Shown in pieces: positions 60,941-64,000 of a stretch of DNA of 64,000 nucleotides. Every line of letters begins with the position of its first letter. Within the stretch, counting starts at the first letter, position 1. The stretch is from Candidatus Aldehydirespirator sp. (GTDB lineage Bacteria; Actinomycetota; Acidimicrobiia; Acidimicrobiales; Aldehydirespiratoraceae). The position numbers were made by a program, and so were the translations under genes. The notes under the pieces were generated by a model that was not told the DNA's origin, did no database searches, and saw only the letters and a program-made list of their open reading frames with translations. The stretch is from contig OZ244866.1 of assembly GCA_965221185.1 (NCBI GenBank), positions 2,390,901 through 2,454,900 of the forward strand, written 5' to 3'.

Positions 60941-62035
60941 CTAATGCTCCGCGTCGTCGGGCATCGGGGCATGCTTCTCGTCCCAGAGGGCGCGTAGGGC
61001 AGCCTGCTCGGCCTCCGACAGCTTGGACCCGGACTCTTCGCCCGGGTTGCGGAACCACACCGTCTGCTGCGGGAACGGGATCTCGATGCCGGCCTCGTCG
61101 AAGGCCTCCTTGAGACGCAGCCGCAGCTCGCGTTCCACGCTCCACTGCATCGACGGCTCGGTCTTCACCGCTACCCGTAGAGCGATGCCTGACGCGCCCA
61201 GGGACTGCACTCCCAACACGCCGGGACACTCGGTCAGCTCGTCGCCGCCCCACTCCGGGTCCTCCCAGAAATCGTTGGCCACCTGCTGCATCACGCCCAT
61301 GGCCAGGCGCAGGTCGGTGTCGTAGGCCACCTCGATCTCGATCAGCGCCTTCGACCACAGCTGCGAGAAGTTCCCGACCCGGGCGATCTCGCCGTTGGGG
61401 ACGTGCCACACGGTGCCTTTGATGTCTCGGATTGTGGTGGACCGCAAAGACACCTCCTCCACAGTGCCGATGGCATATCCGACGTCCACCACGTCGCCCA
61501 CCCCGTAGTGGTCCTCGATCAGCATGAACAGACCCGACAGGAAGTCCTTCACGATCGACTGGGCTCCGAAGCCCAGCGCCACGCCGCCGATGCCCGCGCC
61601 CGCGATCAGCGGCCCGAGGTTCACGCCGATCTCGCCCAGCACTATCAGCGCCGCGAACGTCCACACCGTGAACACGACAATGCTGCGCAGAACGTGTCCG
61701 AGCGTCTCGGCCCGCGACTCGGCCCGGACCCGGGCCACATCGTCGGTCAGCATCTTGCCCGGCCCGCGCTCACGCAACATGTGCAGACGCGAATGGCTCG
61801 ACGCCGAGGCAATGCGCTTGGTGAACCGCACGATGGCCCGCTTGGCGAACCGGGTGACGATCCACGCCACCACCAGGATGAGCGCGATGCGGATGGGCCG
61901 GTCGAGCAGCCAGTCGGCCGCGGTGGCCAGACCACCGTTCTCGGTCCAGTCGTAGACCAGCTCGCAGACGAAGCCGCGGTTCGTCTCACCGCAAGCGTCT
62001 GCGAGTCCGGTGGATGTTTGAGCAAGTGTGAGCAT
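60941..62035 (-). CDS. mscS: MscS-family mechanosensitive channel
   Basis: GAQSIVKDFLSGLFMLIEDHYGVGDVV pore/beta-domain junction. The start is set at the ATG at 62035 (MLTLAQ). The tracked 534-aa ORF continues upstream only by reading through the tandem array. Confidence 0.75.
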   Translation of the reverse strand: MLTLAQTSTGLADACGETNRGFVCELVYDWTENGGLATAADWLLDRPIRIALILVVAWIVTRFAKRAIVRFTKRIASASSHSRLHMLRERGPGKMLTDDVARVRAESRAETLGHVLRSIVVFTVWTFAALIVLGEIGVNLGPLIAGAGIGGVALGFGAQSIVKDFLSGLFMLIEDHYGVGDVVDVGYAIGTVEEVSLRSTTIRDIKGTVWHVPNGEIARVGNFSQLWSKALIEIEVAYDTDLRLAMGVMQQVANDFWEDPEWGGDELTECPGVLGVQSLGASGIALRVAVKTEPSMQWSVERELRLRLKEAFDEAGIEIPFPQQTVWFRNPGEESGSKLSEAEQAALRALWDEKHAPMPDDAEH

Positions 62036-62112
62036 CGTCACACCATAGGGGCCGAGCGGACAGGCCTGACCGGGAAGATCTTGATCGTCAACGAGCGAGG
62101 CCCCGGGCCCGA

Positions 62113-62560
62113 GCGGCCCGAGAGCACAGCGAACCAGAGCGGAAGACACGACCCAAGCGGCCCGAGAGCACAGCGAACAAAAGCGGAAGACACGACCCAA
62201 GCGGCCCGAGAGCACAGCGAACAAAAGCGGAAGACACGACCCAAGCGGCCCGAGAGCACAGCGAACAAAAGCGGAAGACACGACCCAAGCGGCCCGAGAG
62301 CACAGCGAACAAAAGCGGAAGACACGACCCAAGCGGCCCGAGAGCACAGCGAACAAAAGCGGAAGACACGACCCAAGCGGCCCGAGAGCACAGCGAACAA
62401 AAGCGGAAGACACGACCCAAGCGGCCCGAGAGCACAGCGAACAAAAGCGGAAGACACGACCCAAGCGGCCCGAGAGCACAGCGAACAAAAGCGGAAGACA
62501 CGACCCAAGCGGCCCGAGAGCACAGCGAACAAGAGCGGAAGACACGACCCGAGCGGCCCC
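62113..62560. repeat. Tandem array: 10 x 44-bp units plus partial unit
   Basis: Units start at 62113, 62157, 62201 ... 62509. The unit is GCGGCCCGAGAGCACAGCGAACAAAAGCGGAAGACACGACCCAA. The eight inner units are identical and the first and last carry 2-3 substitutions. The 44-nt period is not divisible by 3. Confidence 0.95.
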
Positions 62561-62624
62561 AAAGTAGATTCAGCCGTCTATGGGGGCGGGCAGCGTCACC
62601 GGCGACCGCCACATCTGGCGGGCT

Positions 62625-63365
62625 ATGCGGTGGCCGGCGGCGACCGTCCTGACCGCAGTGTTGATGCTCGGGTTGAGCTGTAGCGGCGCCGGAAGCAGCG
62701 AGACCGACGGTGACCGCGAAGTCGTGGTGATGGCGGCCTCGTCGCTCACCAACGTGGTCGAAGCCGTGTCGGCGAGCCATCCGGACGTCACTGCGGTTCT
62801 CTCGGGCAGCTCCACCCTGGTGGCCCAGCTCTCGGCCGGGATCGACGCCGATGTGCTGATCACTGCCAATGCGGCCACCATGGAGCGAGCCACCGCCGAC
62901 GGATCGATTCGGGGAACGCCTGTCATGATCGCCACCAACACGATCGTGCTCGCCACCGCACCCGGCAATCCGGGCCGTGTGTCCGCCCTCACCGACCTCG
63001 CCCGCCGAGACCTGCTGGTCGGCCTGTGCGCCGCCGAGGTCCCCTGCGGCGCGCTGGCCCGGCAGGCTCTCGATGGAGCCCAGATCGCGCCCTCGGTGGA
63101 CACGCTCGAGTTCAACGTGCGCGCCCTGGTTGCCAAGCTCTCGCTCGGAGAGCTCGACGCCGGACTGGTCTACGGCACCGACGCGGCTACGGCAGGACTG
63201 CCCATTGTCGACTCCCCGGAGTTGGACGGCCATACCAACCGCTACTACATCGCCTCGGTGTCGGCCGAACCCTCACCGCCGGTTCAGGCCGTGATCGCTG
63301 ACTTCACCGAGCCCGGCAGCGTGGGCGCCGAGGCTCTGCGGGCGTACGGGTTCGGACCACCGTGA
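62625..63365 (+). CDS. modA: Molybdate ABC transporter substrate-binding lipoprotein
   Basis: Lipobox LGLSC, then VMAASSLTN...GELDAGLVYGTDA. A modB-like permease follows. Confidence 0.7.
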   Translation: MRWPAATVLTAVLMLGLSCSGAGSSETDGDREVVVMAASSLTNVVEAVSASHPDVTAVLSGSSTLVAQLSAGIDADVLITANAATMERATADGSIRGTPVMIATNTIVLATAPGNPGRVSALTDLARRDLLVGLCAAEVPCGALARQALDGAQIAPSVDTLEFNVRALVAKLSLGELDAGLVYGTDAATAGLPIVDSPELDGHTNRYYIASVSAEPSPPVQAVIADFTEPGSVGAEALRAYGFGPP

Positions 63366-63378
63366 GTCGCCCTATGTC

Positions 63379-63468
63379 AAGCTCGCCTCAAATCTGCATG
63401 GGTATTGCTGCTATATGACGGGTTTCTCTACTGATTTCGGTCGAGCGGGTCCGAGCGGCCCGTGAGCG
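63379..63468 (+). repeat. Dispersed repeat copy (C part plus start of R part) between modA and modB
   Basis: About 88% identical by eye to 39221-39311. The GTG proposed as the modB start (63462) lies inside the shared GGCCCGTGAGCG motif. Confidence 0.8.
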
Positions 63469-64000
63469 CTCCGGGCGACACCAGCGCTCCGGGCCCCGAT
63501 CCGGGAGTCAGCCGGCCTCCCGCGGCCCTGACGGCGGTGGGTTTCGTGGCCCTGGGCCTGCTGGCGCTGCCTCTGGTAGGGCTGTTGCAGCGGGCGCCGT
63601 GGTCGGCACTGCCCGCGCTGCTGGGCCAGTCCGAGGTGCTGGAGGCGCTGCGAGTGTCGCTGATCGTCAGCCTGGCCGCGACTGCGGCGTGCGTGGTGCT
63701 GGGCCTGCCGCTGGCGTTCGTGCTGGCCCGTCGGCGGCTGCGGTTCCCCCGGCTGGTGCGAGCGGTGGTGATGCTGCCCATGGTGCTGCCGCCGGTGGTG
63801 GCCGGCACTGCCCTGCTGTTCGCGCTGGGACGGCGGGGCCTGGTCGGCCAGTGGCTCGACTCCTGGTTCGGCGTGCGCCTGCCGTTCACCACCGCTGGAG
63901 CCGTGGTGGCCGCGGCGTTCGTGGCCCTGCCGTTCTTCGTGATCACTGTCGAAGCCGCCCTGCGTCAGGCCGGCGACGACCTCGACGAAGCGGGCGCGAC
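63462..64000 (+). CDS. modB: Molybdate ABC transporter permease, N-terminal part (3' end outside window)
   Basis: Open frame to the window end, absent from the ORF track because it has no stop. TM-rich, with LRVSLIVSLAAT...MLPMVLPPVVAG...FVITVEAALRQ typical of ModB/CysT-type permeases. Confidence 0.65.
   Translation, partial: MSAPGDTSAPGPDPGVSRPPAALTAVGFVALGLLALPLVGLLQRAPWSALPALLGQSEVLEALRVSLIVSLAATAACVVLGLPLAFVLARRRLRFPRLVRAVVMLPMVLPPVVAGTALLFALGRRGLVGQWLDSWFGVRLPFTTAGAVVAAAFVALPFFVITVEAALRQAGDDLDEAGA

Noticed and set aside
62113-62560. Possible CRISPR array suggested by a regular short repeat
   Set aside because: The units are contiguous with no unique spacers between them, the period is 44 bp, and no cas genes are nearby. 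It is a plain tandem repeat.
62036-63233. ORFs 60941..62545 (N-terminal 170 aa), 62038..62562 and 62088..63233 with 44-aa periodic peptides
   Set aside because: The periodic peptides arise from reading a 44-bp (non-triplet) repeat in all three frames. The MscS homology begins only at MLTLAQ (62035). The 381-aa ORF is also antisense to modA.

Overview
High-GC, actinobacterium-like chromosomal segment with a defence island between two ordinary flanks.

Left flank (1-11.4 kb): a partial Lnt-like CN-hydrolase, a GT4 / methyltransferase / prenyltransferase-fold trio, an aldehyde dehydrogenase, and a 1833-aa internally duplicated DUF2339-type membrane protein.

Right flank (33.9-64 kb): a serine hydrolase, an FCY1-type cytosine deaminase, a VWA lipoprotein, glcDEF-like oxidase genes, a P450 plus two acyl-CoA ligases, an LLM oxidoreductase, an O-methyltransferase, a FAH hydrolase, an intact IS1380-family element, a sugar-type ABC / ROK / YhfX-like / M20 operon, mscS and modAB.

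Accessory island (about 12.3-33.8 kb), less GC-rich by eye:
- A NifS/IscS-type cysteine desulfurase.
- An eight-gene translationally coupled operon (14495-27615). It opens with Ssp-type DNA phosphorothioation genes: DUF4007 SspB-like, a 1157-aa P-loop SspC-like protein, and a PP-loop PAPS-reductase-like SspD. It continues with five genes unlike SspE: an 849-aa multi-HTH protein with duplicated terminal domains, an HKD-PLD / DEAH-helicase fusion, a 71-aa ORF, a DndD-like SMC ATPase and a 164-aa helical protein.
- An Abi_C-type gene, a decayed ORF, and a divergent PD-(D/E)xK-like / PLD pair.
- A rearranged right edge with paralogous coiled-coil genes and SDR remnants.

This operon is the main candidate for an undescribed system.

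Other structure: a dispersed intergenic repeat family at 4 loci, including a 10 x 44-bp near-perfect tandem array between mscS and modA; two hairpins with unrelated stems but a shared loop core; short 3'-end tandem duplications; and three apparent frame or start-codon defects. No rRNA, tRNA or CRISPR array was recognised. All family assignments rest on motif recognition from memory, not on searches.
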